Positions 56,593 through 64,000 of a stretch of 64,000 nt of DNA are shown here, one piece after another. Origin of the DNA: an uncultured Pseudomonadota bacterium (GTDB taxonomy: Bacteria; Pseudomonadota; Alphaproteobacteria; Rs-D84); contig CADCGT010000001.1 of the NCBI GenBank assembly GCA_902801125.1, positions 97,101 through 161,100 on the forward strand, given 5' to 3'. The notes beneath the pieces were generated by a model, which worked only from the letters and a program-made list of their open reading frames with translations, was not told where the DNA came from and made no database searches. The position numbers and the translations under genes are program-made. The first letter of the stretch is position 1, and every line of letters begins with the position of its first letter.

Positions 56593-57518
56593 TATTGTTT
56601 TCCTATGTAATTTGTGACGGTGTCGATATATGTCGATACCGCATCAAACAAATCATCGTCATAATCTTCGGGTTTTGTGTTCGGGTGTGCGTTCATAAAT
56701 TCGCGCATTTCATCCAATGTCTTGAACACAGATATTAAATCGTTTTCTGGTCCTTGGTCGGGTGCATTTAATATGCACGCATGTACCGACATATCGTTCG
56801 CGGTGTCGCCCAATGTGTCGTCGAACACGGTGACCAATGTTTGTATCGCATCCATTGCGTCCGCCACCGCCGCCCCAGATGTTGCAATCCATACGGTGTT
56901 GTCGTATGCCAATGCAATCATTGGGTCAACCAATTTGCCAATATGGGCGCATTTTTTTGGCGCGTATCCCGCATTTTGAAATATAGATTTAATTTCTTCC
57001 ATGTGTTGTGGCGCGATTCTTGGGGCGGGTGCATCGGTACGTGGCCGTGGTGCCGGTATAGTGTTTTGTTGATTTGTTTGCTGTTGTGCCGGCGGTAAAT
57101 TGGTGCGCATACCCGATGGCGATATTGGACGCGGCGGGGTTGGGCGATGCGACGCCGGAACATTGTTCGGTGTCGGTGGAATGGGTACTGGTGTTGGTTC
57201 TGGTTGGGGTAATACAATGTTTGAAGCACTGGCATTTGGGGCCGGTGGTATTTGTGTTGGTTCAATGAAAAACGTCTGGCGCCGGCCACGCATAATAAGG
57301 TACAAACCAGTCAAACCGATAACAATTGCCCCAATAAGTGATATGTAAAAATCAAGTTTTATTTGTGTCCGATATGCCTGGAGTTCAGACAGATATGCCC
57401 AATGTGCCGCAGAAAATATATTGAACCCGTATTTTATGTTCATCCAGAATGTCGCGGCCAAGGTGATAGTCATCAACCACAGCAGGCCAAGTAAAAAATT
57501 ATCAAATTTTTTTGTCAT
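56592..57518 (-). CDS. membrane protein with two N-terminal TM helices, Pro-rich linker and conserved C-terminal domain
   Basis: TM1 and TM2 in residues about 8-75, about 90 aa rich in Pro/Thr/Gln, C-terminal about 130-aa domain of unknown family. Its stop overlaps the next start as TAATG. Confidence 0.5.
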   Translation of the reverse strand: MTKKFDNFLLGLLWLMTITLAATFWMNIKYGFNIFSAAHWAYLSELQAYRTQIKLDFYISLIGAIVIGLTGLYLIMRGRRQTFFIEPTQIPPAPNASASNIVLPQPEPTPVPIPPTPNNVPASHRPTPPRPISPSGMRTNLPPAQQQTNQQNTIPAPRPRTDAPAPRIAPQHMEEIKSIFQNAGYAPKKCAHIGKLVDPMIALAYDNTVWIATSGAAVADAMDAIQTLVTVFDDTLGDTANDMSVHACILNAPDQGPENDLISVFKTLDEMREFMNAHPNTKPEDYDDDLFDAVSTYIDTVTNYIGKQ

Positions 57519-57561
57519 TTCACTTAAATTATATCACATTTATGATAAAGTAAAAAGTGTT

Positions 57562-58236
57562 ATGATTAAATCAGAAAATATTTTTGATGATATTGAACCA
57601 TTGGTTGCGATTTGGGTCGAAGATTCTGATACGGTTGAATTGGCCCGCATTGCGAATATGGTAATAGATGATGGTGTGGAATATGTGTCTTTGCCGTGTG
57701 CGGTGACGCATGTGTTTTGGCCGTGGATTGAAAATTCAAATGTAAAAATTTTGAACCGATTCGATTTTGTTATACAACAAAATTCTGATATGGATATGGT
57801 GGTGTCTGAATTTGCGACCGCGGTAAATTCTGGGTTTCGTGCCGGTGCATTCGGGGCCCAGGTACGCGTTTCTTGGCCGGATATACAAAAATTTGTCGGG
57901 GCGATTTTGCCGATAAAGAATGATTTGTTTTTTGGTCGATATTTATCAATTGCAATTGACATAGATGATGCGGCGACGCCCGATTGGGATGTAGTGTTCG
58001 CAAATTTGGCCCGGATTTCACCAAATTCTGTATTGATTATGGGACATGTTGATAAATTTAATCCGCGGTCTGATTTTGTGGGGCGTATTTATGGAATGTT
58101 GGAACAATGGAATATAAATTCAGATATTCATTTAATGTTTGGTAAAAATATGCTGCGGGTCAGCCAGGCTTTGCGCCTTGTCCAGAAAATGCGTCCAGAA
58201 TTGGTTAAAAATATGCGCGTGTTTTTGAAAAAATAG
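57562..58236 (+). CDS. hypothetical protein
   Basis: 224-aa ORF, ATG 57562. The extension to 57421 was rejected because it overlaps the divergent gene. Confidence 0.45.
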   Translation: MIKSENIFDDIEPLVAIWVEDSDTVELARIANMVIDDGVEYVSLPCAVTHVFWPWIENSNVKILNRFDFVIQQNSDMDMVVSEFATAVNSGFRAGAFGAQVRVSWPDIQKFVGAILPIKNDLFFGRYLSIAIDIDDAATPDWDVVFANLARISPNSVLIMGHVDKFNPRSDFVGRIYGMLEQWNINSDIHLMFGKNMLRVSQALRLVQKMRPELVKNMRVFLKK

Positions 58237-58240
58237 AAAA

Positions 58241-58870
58241 CTATTTTTTACATAAAATCATGTATTTCGTTTCGGATGTGTGTGCCATATTTTTCTTTTG
58301 ATATCGGGTCTGGATGGTTTCGTGTTCAAAATCGCACACGACAAGTTTCGTGTCTTGTATCCCCGACAAAATCCAATCATAGTATTCCCAATGGTCTGTG
58401 CCGATTATGATTTTCCCGCTTTGCGCCATGTTTTCCGATAATAAATTTAAAAAAATCGGGTTCAAAAGGCGGCGTTTTTCATGGCGCGCCTTGGGCCATG
58501 GGTCGGGATGCAAGACCCAGATTTCAGAAAACGAAAATTTATTTTGATTCAAAATTAAACGCACATCGTCCGGCCATATTCGAATGTTTTTATATTCGGG
58601 CAATATATTGTCGTTTTCATCGCAAATGCGGGACAGCAAGGCGGCCACACCGTTTTCAAATGGTTCTGCGCCAATGATGATTTTGTTCGGGTTGCCTGAT
58701 GCCAATTCACGGACGTGTTCGCCGGCACCGAATCCGATTTCCAAAATGTCCGCATTTTCCGATTCGTTTGGCGTGATTTTCGGTAATACAGTTTGAACCA
58801 GGCGCGCCTTGCGCGGGGATAATTTTTTGCCGTGACGACGACCAAATGTTCTTATTTCTTGTTTTTCCAT
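58241..58870 (-). CDS. trmB: tRNA (guanine46-N7)-methyltransferase
   Basis: SAM-binding EIGFGAG and HPDPWPK...KRRL motifs. Confidence 0.85.
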   Translation of the reverse strand: MEKQEIRTFGRRHGKKLSPRKARLVQTVLPKITPNESENADILEIGFGAGEHVRELASGNPNKIIIGAEPFENGVAALLSRICDENDNILPEYKNIRIWPDDVRLILNQNKFSFSEIWVLHPDPWPKARHEKRRLLNPIFLNLLSENMAQSGKIIIGTDHWEYYDWILSGIQDTKLVVCDFEHETIQTRYQKKNMAHTSETKYMILCKK

Positions 58871-58915
58871 ATATTTAGTATAGAATGCAAATATTAGAAA
58901 CACAAGGATTTGATT

Positions 58916-60490
58916 ATGAGACCAGGTCTATCGGAAGATTTAATCGCACGCGTTTTGGGTGCGGCGCCAAAATATACTTTGGCGGAATTAGAAGAAAAAT
59001 TCCCGCCACGCAATTTGCCGGATGGGGCGATGGTGACGCGTTTCGCACCAAGTCCAACCGGGTATATGCACCTTGGTGGCCTGTACCAGGCATTGATAGA
59101 TTCCAAACTTGCGTATGATACCGGTGGCGTGTTTATGTTGCGCATAGAAGATACAGACACCAAACGCGAAGTCAAAGATGCGGTCCAATTGATAATAGAT
59201 TCTTTGAATAAATTTGGAATATCGTATAACGATATGCCTGAATACGGGCCATATTATCAATCGCAACGCAAAGATATTTATCATTCGGTTGCGGCGGAAT
59301 TGTTGCGAACCGGGCGTGCATACCCATGCTTTTTAACCGCGGACGATATGGAACGCATTCGCGCGGAACAATCCGCGGCGGGCTTTGCCACCGGAATATA
59401 TGGCGAATTTGCACGCGACCGTGATATTACCCCGGACGAGATTATTCGGCGCATGGATAATGGCGCGGTGCCGACGATTCGTTTGTATTCGACCGGTGAT
59501 TCGGCACGGCGTATTTTCTGTAAAGATGCGGTGCGCGGTTCAATCGGGTTTCCGGAAAACAATGAAGATATTGTTTTAATTAAATCGAATGATGGGTTGC
59601 CAACCTATCATTTTGCGCACCTGTGCGATGACCATTTTATGCGCACCACACATGTTATTCGTGGGGAAGAATGGTTGCCGTCATTGCCATTGCATACACA
59701 ATTATTTCGTATGATGGGGTGGCAACCGCCGATGTATATTCATACATCTACGATTGATAAAATCGATAGCGAAACGGGCAAGCAACGCAAATTATCAAAA
59801 CGCAAAGACCCCGAAAGCAATGTCGCATTTTTCTTGGCCGATGGTTGGCCGACGGGCGCGGTGTTGGAATACCTTGGGAATATTGCGGCGTCGGGATATG
59901 AAGAGGCAAAATTAAAAGGCACGGTGAAAACAATCTGGGAATATGCAATCAAGCCTAAAAAAATTCCTATGTCGGGCGCGTTGTTCGATATGAAGAAATT
60001 GGAATGGTGGGCCAAAGAGTATATTGGCGCAATGCCGGTTCCCGATTTGGTGCGCGCGGTTACCGATTGGGCAAATGAATATGGTGATGAAAAACAAAAA
60101 AGTCAGGTCGCAGACCAGGCGTATTTAACAAATGTTTTGGCGATTGAACGCGACAACCCGAAACGTGTGCGCAAAGATTTTATTACATGGCGCCAGACAT
60201 TGGAAATCGTAGAATTTTTCTTTGATGAATTGTTTGTGCCGAACACTGAATACGCATATAACCGCGATGTGCTAAATGCGTTTTTGGATACATTTAATAT
60301 TGCGGATGACAAAGACACTTGGTGGAATAAAATTGTTGAAATCGCACAACGGTTCGGGGTTAAAAATGGCGATGTTGCGATGAATCTGCGCGTGGCCCTT
60401 TCGGGGCGGACAAACACGCCGGATTTGTATTCCATAATAACGGTAATGGGCGCAGAACGCGTGATTAAAAGGATAAAGGCGGTAATGTGA
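58916..60490 (+). CDS. gltX: glutamyl-tRNA synthetase
   Basis: Class I HLGG (HIGH-type) motif and KLSKR (KMSKS) motif. AAGGA RBS upstream of ATG 58916. Confidence 0.85.
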   Translation: MRPGLSEDLIARVLGAAPKYTLAELEEKFPPRNLPDGAMVTRFAPSPTGYMHLGGLYQALIDSKLAYDTGGVFMLRIEDTDTKREVKDAVQLIIDSLNKFGISYNDMPEYGPYYQSQRKDIYHSVAAELLRTGRAYPCFLTADDMERIRAEQSAAGFATGIYGEFARDRDITPDEIIRRMDNGAVPTIRLYSTGDSARRIFCKDAVRGSIGFPENNEDIVLIKSNDGLPTYHFAHLCDDHFMRTTHVIRGEEWLPSLPLHTQLFRMMGWQPPMYIHTSTIDKIDSETGKQRKLSKRKDPESNVAFFLADGWPTGAVLEYLGNIAASGYEEAKLKGTVKTIWEYAIKPKKIPMSGALFDMKKLEWWAKEYIGAMPVPDLVRAVTDWANEYGDEKQKSQVADQAYLTNVLAIERDNPKRVRKDFITWRQTLEIVEFFFDELFVPNTEYAYNRDVLNAFLDTFNIADDKDTWWNKIVEIAQRFGVKNGDVAMNLRVALSGRTNTPDLYSIITVMGAERVIKRIKAVM

Positions 60491-61224
60491 CAAACACAAA
60501 ACGGGTGCGTTTGAAAAATGTGCGGCGCGATGGGCGGGCGTCGCGTATGTTGCGTTGCCTGCGGGCGACGGGGCTGTTTCGGTGGGAACGAAAATCCACA
60601 AAATCGGAAGAGGTTATGAATATCCTTACCCATGGAATTGGTATCGGCCTTGCGATTGCGGGTTTAACATTGTTGGTTGTGTTCGCGGCAATTTATGGAA
60701 ACGCGTGGTCGGTTGTGTCGTGTGCAATTTTTGGCGCAACCATGTTCACGCTTTATTTTGGTTCAACAATGTGTCATGCACTTATTGGTCGGCGCGGCGA
60801 ATGCTTTTTCGAAGTTTGGGATAACATTGCCATCTATGCGTTGATTGCCGGCACATACACGCCGTTTTTACTGGTCAACCTGCGCGGGGCGATTGGATGG
60901 ACGGTGTTTGGAATACTGTGGGCGATTGTGATTTTTGGTGCGGTGACCAAGATTCGCAACCCGCACCAGCAACCAAAATGGACGGTCGCACTGTATTTAA
61001 TAATGGGGTGGACGTTGCTGTTTATATTGCCGGTAATGATACGTAATATTCCACCGCGGGGGCTGTGGTTTATACTGGCGGGTGGATTGTCATACACGGT
61101 TGGGGTGATATTCTACCTTTGGCGGCGATTAAAATTTTCACATGCGATATGGCACCTGTTTGTAATTGGCGGGACGGTGTGTTTTTTCTTTGCGGTGCTG
61201 TATGGCGCGATACTTGACATTTAG
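60487..61224 (+). CDS. hemolysin-III / PAQR family membrane protein
   Basis: 7-TM protein with an EEVMNILTHGIG motif. Start (GTG overlapping the gltX stop) is uncertain. Confidence 0.7.
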   Translation: MTNTKRVRLKNVRRDGRASRMLRCLRATGLFRWERKSTKSEEVMNILTHGIGIGLAIAGLTLLVVFAAIYGNAWSVVSCAIFGATMFTLYFGSTMCHALIGRRGECFFEVWDNIAIYALIAGTYTPFLLVNLRGAIGWTVFGILWAIVIFGAVTKIRNPHQQPKWTVALYLIMGWTLLFILPVMIRNIPPRGLWFILAGGLSYTVGVIFYLWRRLKFSHAIWHLFVIGGTVCFFFAVLYGAILDI

Positions 61225-61290
61225 TGATTAGTGATTAGTGGTTAGTGTTAGTGGTTAGTGAATGATGAACCCAGCGGAATCCGCAGGGTT
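61221..61290 (+). repeat. TTAGTGG-hairpin element 3' of the hemolysin-III gene
   Basis: ttagtgattagtgattagtggttagtgttagtggttagtg followed by hairpin cccagcggaatccgcaggg. Confidence 0.75.
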
Positions 61291-61301
61291 CACGCGTAAA
61301 A

Positions 61302-61420
61302 AAACCAAGGTTTAAAATCAACACTTTTTTTCAAAAAATCAAAATTTTGTTTTTTCGTAAAAACAATTACTTACAAATTTCGGTTTTTCTGCCGGGGGTG
61401 TATAGAAAAAACCTTGGTTT
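61302..61420. promoter_or_regulatory. Candidate invertible segment, orientation B (inverted relative to 41220-41338)
   Basis: Same 11-bp inverted repeats. Core 61313-61409 is the reverse complement of 41231-41327. The downstream aaccttggtttattgtacactttttatatagga leader is identical at both loci. Confidence 0.6.
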
Positions 61421-61457
61421 ATTGTACACTTTTTATATAGGAATATAGGGGAAAAAT

Positions 61458-62177
61458 ATGAGCAAAAAAACACTTTTATTTGGTGCAATTGCATCGATTA
61501 TCGCAATCAATTCAGTTATTGCGGATACAGTTGTTACTTCACGCAACTATGTAGATACCCGGGACGCGTTGAAACAAGATAAAATCACCGCCGGAACCAC
61601 GGGTAATGTTGTTCTGTATAACGGCACACAAAACGGTCAAACACAATTTAGTGAACGCGCGATTTATGATGGAACAAATGAATATGATTCTTCAACCGAC
61701 GCAAACAAACTGATTACCGCCGGTGCAGTGGATGGTATGGTTGGCGATGTATATGATTATGTAGATGACGAGATTTCTAATATTCCGGCCCCAGAATTGC
61801 CGACCGGGGAACCAAATTATGCGGTATTGTACGACAGTAATGGTAATATTGGTGGTGAGACCCCAATAGATTATTATGGCAGCGCATGGTTTGATAGTGA
61901 AGGCGGTGCAATGATAAACGGGCATGATGAAGATTTGATAACCGCCAAGGCGTTGAGGGAAAATTTGATATATGATATAAGTACCCAACATGACGATCAT
62001 GCAGACGGGGCAATTATAACAGGTCAGGCACTTATAAGATATGCGCAACCGCTTAAGACCTGTGCCGGATGGGCGGATGGAACAACAACACCGGATGCAA
62101 CCCACACCAATGCAAATTGCGTATTGTGGAATTTTCCAGAAGGAGAATACTTTTGGGAAAGTGTCGGGAGAGATTAA
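61458..62177 (+). CDS. secreted hypothetical protein, paralogue of 41376-42446
   Basis: Signal peptide. Conserved N-terminal (VxTSxxYVDxxDALK) and C-terminal (C...NC.LW) blocks, variable middle. Confidence 0.6.
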   Translation: MSKKTLLFGAIASIIAINSVIADTVVTSRNYVDTRDALKQDKITAGTTGNVVLYNGTQNGQTQFSERAIYDGTNEYDSSTDANKLITAGAVDGMVGDVYDYVDDEISNIPAPELPTGEPNYAVLYDSNGNIGGETPIDYYGSAWFDSEGGAMINGHDEDLITAKALRENLIYDISTQHDDHADGAIITGQALIRYAQPLKTCAGWADGTTTPDATHTNANCVLWNFPEGEYFWESVGRD

Positions 62178-62230
62178 ATTTTTTCTGTTTTGATATTTTT
62201 TTGTTAAAGCAACTGGGTTAGTTCACATTA

Positions 62231-62257
62231 GGCATACGGTATTAAAAATCGTATGCC
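62231..62257 (+). terminator. stem-loop / terminator-like hairpin
   Basis: ggcatacg-gtattaaaaat-cgtatgcc (8-bp perfect stem) followed by a T-rich tract. Confidence 0.5.
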
Positions 62258-62286
62258 TTGACTTTTTTATTGGGTGGGAATATAAT
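62258..62286 (+). promoter_or_regulatory. sigma70 promoter
   Basis: TTGACT, 17 nt, TATAAT. Consensus-quality. Confidence 0.65.
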
Positions 62287-62295
62287 GCGATTGTT

Positions 62296-62358
62296 ATGAA
62301 ACAATTTGTATTTATCTTGACAGCAACAACTACAACAACCCCGTTTGGGGTGCGGTAA
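62296..62358 (+). CDS. putative Thr-rich leader peptide (MKQFVFILTATTTTTPFGVR)
   Basis: 20-codon ORF with TATTTTT codons (ACA GCA ACA ACT ACA ACA ACC). It overlaps a terminator-like hairpin (gcaacaa ... ttgttgc then T6) directly upstream of thrS. Confidence 0.45.
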   Translation: MKQFVFILTATTTTTPFGVR

Positions 62359-62449
62359 AATTTGTTGCGTTTTTTCATACGCGTTTATATAATCAGAAAC
62401 AATCAAAAAAAAAATAAAAAACAAAATATAAACAGAATAGGGGTTTATT

Positions 62450-64000
62450 ATGTCTTATCCAATTGAAATGATTCGGCACTCGTTGGCACACGTGATGGCG
62501 GCGGCGGTGCAAAAATTACATCCAGATGTTAAGTTCGCGGGTGGCCCGGCGATTGAAAACGGGTTCTATTACGATTTCGATACCGATTATCGTTTTTCCG
62601 AAGAAGATTTTGAAAAGATAGAAAAAGAAATGCGCGAACTGATTAAATCAAATGGTCGATTCGAACAACGCATTATTGATTTAGATGAAGCAAAACAGAT
62701 TTTCGCAAACCAGCCGTATAAAATGGAATGGTTAAACGAATACGATGCCGTGGGCGAAAAACTGTCGATTTATACTTTCCGTGACTTTACCGATTTGTGC
62801 CGTGGACCGCATGTGGAATCAAGTAAAGATTTGCCGCGTGACGGATTCAAAATTCGCGCTGTGGCCGGTGCATACTGGAAAGGCGATTCGAAAAACAAAA
62901 TGTTGCAACGCATTTATGTTGACGCATTTGAAAGCAAAGAGGCATTGGATGCGTTCCTTAAAATGCAGGAAGAAGCCGCAAAACGCGACCATCGTAAAAT
63001 TGGTAAAGAAATGGATTTGTTCCATTTTGAACCAGAATATGCGCCGGGTGCGGTATTTTGGCACGATAAAGGCTACAAGATTTATCGTCGTTTAATTGAA
63101 TATATCCGTGCGCGTCAAGAAATGGCCGGGTATTTGGAAATTTCCACACCGTCCGTAATGGACAGATGTTTATGGGAACGCAGCGGCCATTGGGCAAAAT
63201 ACGGTGCGCATAATTATTCCGGTAAAACCCAAGATGGTAAAGTGTTCTGTGTGAAACCAATGTCTTGCCCGGGTGGAATGTTGGTATTTGGCCAGGGTAT
63301 CAAATCATATAAAGATCTGCCTATGTATTTGGCCGAATTTGGCAAGGTAAATCGTTATGAGGCTGCGGGTGCATTGTCGGGGTTAATGCGCGTGCGTGAA
63401 TTTACCCAAGATGATGCGCATATATTCTGCACCGAAGACCAATTGGAATCCGAAGTTGTAAAGATTTTGCGATTCATCAAAGATATTTATAACAAATTCG
63501 GGTTTGAAAAAATAACTATGAAATTGGCAACCCGTCCATTGTCTGAATTCCGTATCGGTTCTGACGAAATATGGGACAAGGCCGAAGGTGCATTGAAACA
63601 TGCGTTGGATGCAAATGGCATTGAATATGAAATCGCGGAAAACGATGCCGCGTTCTATGGCCCAAAAATCGACAATTATTTAAAGGATTCTATGGGGCGC
63701 GTGTGGCAATGCGGGACGGTGCAATTGGATATGAATTTGCCGGAACGATTTGATTTGTCATATATTGGCGAAGATGGTGAAAAACATCGTCCGATTATGT
63801 TGCATCGTGCAATGTTGGGGTCAATTGAACGCTTTATGGGAATTTTGTTGGAATCAACGGGTGGTAATTTGCCGCTCTGGTTGTCGCCAGAACCGGTGGT
63901 TGTTGTGCCGATTTCCGAAAAATATCGCGATTATGCCGAAAGTGTTGTTGCCGATTTGCGCGCGGCGGGAATATATGCCCGTGCCGATTTGCGTGACGAA
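62450..64000 (+). CDS. thrS: threonyl-tRNA synthetase (3' end beyond window)
   Basis: MSYPIEMIRHSLAHVMA and class II motifs. No N-terminal TGS domain. RBS AGGGG. Confidence 0.9.
   Translation, partial: MSYPIEMIRHSLAHVMAAAVQKLHPDVKFAGGPAIENGFYYDFDTDYRFSEEDFEKIEKEMRELIKSNGRFEQRIIDLDEAKQIFANQPYKMEWLNEYDAVGEKLSIYTFRDFTDLCRGPHVESSKDLPRDGFKIRAVAGAYWKGDSKNKMLQRIYVDAFESKEALDAFLKMQEEAAKRDHRKIGKEMDLFHFEPEYAPGAVFWHDKGYKIYRRLIEYIRARQEMAGYLEISTPSVMDRCLWERSGHWAKYGAHNYSGKTQDGKVFCVKPMSCPGGMLVFGQGIKSYKDLPMYLAEFGKVNRYEAAGALSGLMRVREFTQDDAHIFCTEDQLESEVVKILRFIKDIYNKFGFEKITMKLATRPLSEFRIGSDEIWDKAEGALKHALDANGIEYEIAENDAAFYGPKIDNYLKDSMGRVWQCGTVQLDMNLPERFDLSYIGEDGEKHRPIMLHRAMLGSIERFMGILLESTGGNLPLWLSPEPVVVVPISEKYRDYAESVVADLRAAGIYARADLRDE

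Noticed and set aside
57421-57561. 5' extension of the 57562 hypothetical gene
   Set aside because: It overlaps the 5' end of the divergent minus-strand membrane-protein gene. The internal ATG 57562 was chosen.

Overview
This 64-kb window reads as a gene-dense, mostly housekeeping chromosomal segment of an AT-rich alphaproteobacterium-like genome. Support for that call: a GapR/DUF2312 homologue, an AddB-type PD-(D/E)XK nuclease, a ybeY-lnt neighbourhood, and secB, recA and yajC-secD-secF. I identified about 60 protein-coding genes. They include an RND pump, def-fmt-truA, comEC, pyk, rsmI, engB, xth, mnmE, ruvA, yebC, ruvC, mltA, secB, recA, typA, serS, trxB, xerC/D-type tyrosine recombinase, lptF/G, greA, mutL, yajC-secDF, a ctp-like peptidase, ftsK, rarA, trmB, gltX and thrS (3' truncated). 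I found no rRNA, tRNA or CRISPR. Five things are not ordinary housekeeping:
1. A 97-bp segment bounded by 11-bp inverted repeats sits in opposite orientation upstream of two paralogous secreted-protein genes about 20 kb apart. This is a candidate invertible promoter or phase-variation switch.
2. A four-gene minus-strand operon (55440-57518) encodes a two-TM proline-rich protein, a small HNH-like (GH-E-like) nuclease candidate, a SUKH-1/SMI1-KNR4-like immunity candidate and a ribbon-helix-helix protein. It looks like an unannotated toxin-immunity module.
3. A dispersed repeat family of TTAGTGG heptamers abutting GC hairpins lies immediately 3' of at least seven genes. It provides stop codons in all six frames.
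4. A 20-codon Thr-run leader ORF with a terminator-like hairpin lies upstream of thrS and suggests attenuation.
5. ybeY and lnt form a single continuous ORF.
A four-gene glycosyltransferase island sits between recA and typA, with a 23-bp exact copy of pyk-internal sequence at its centre.
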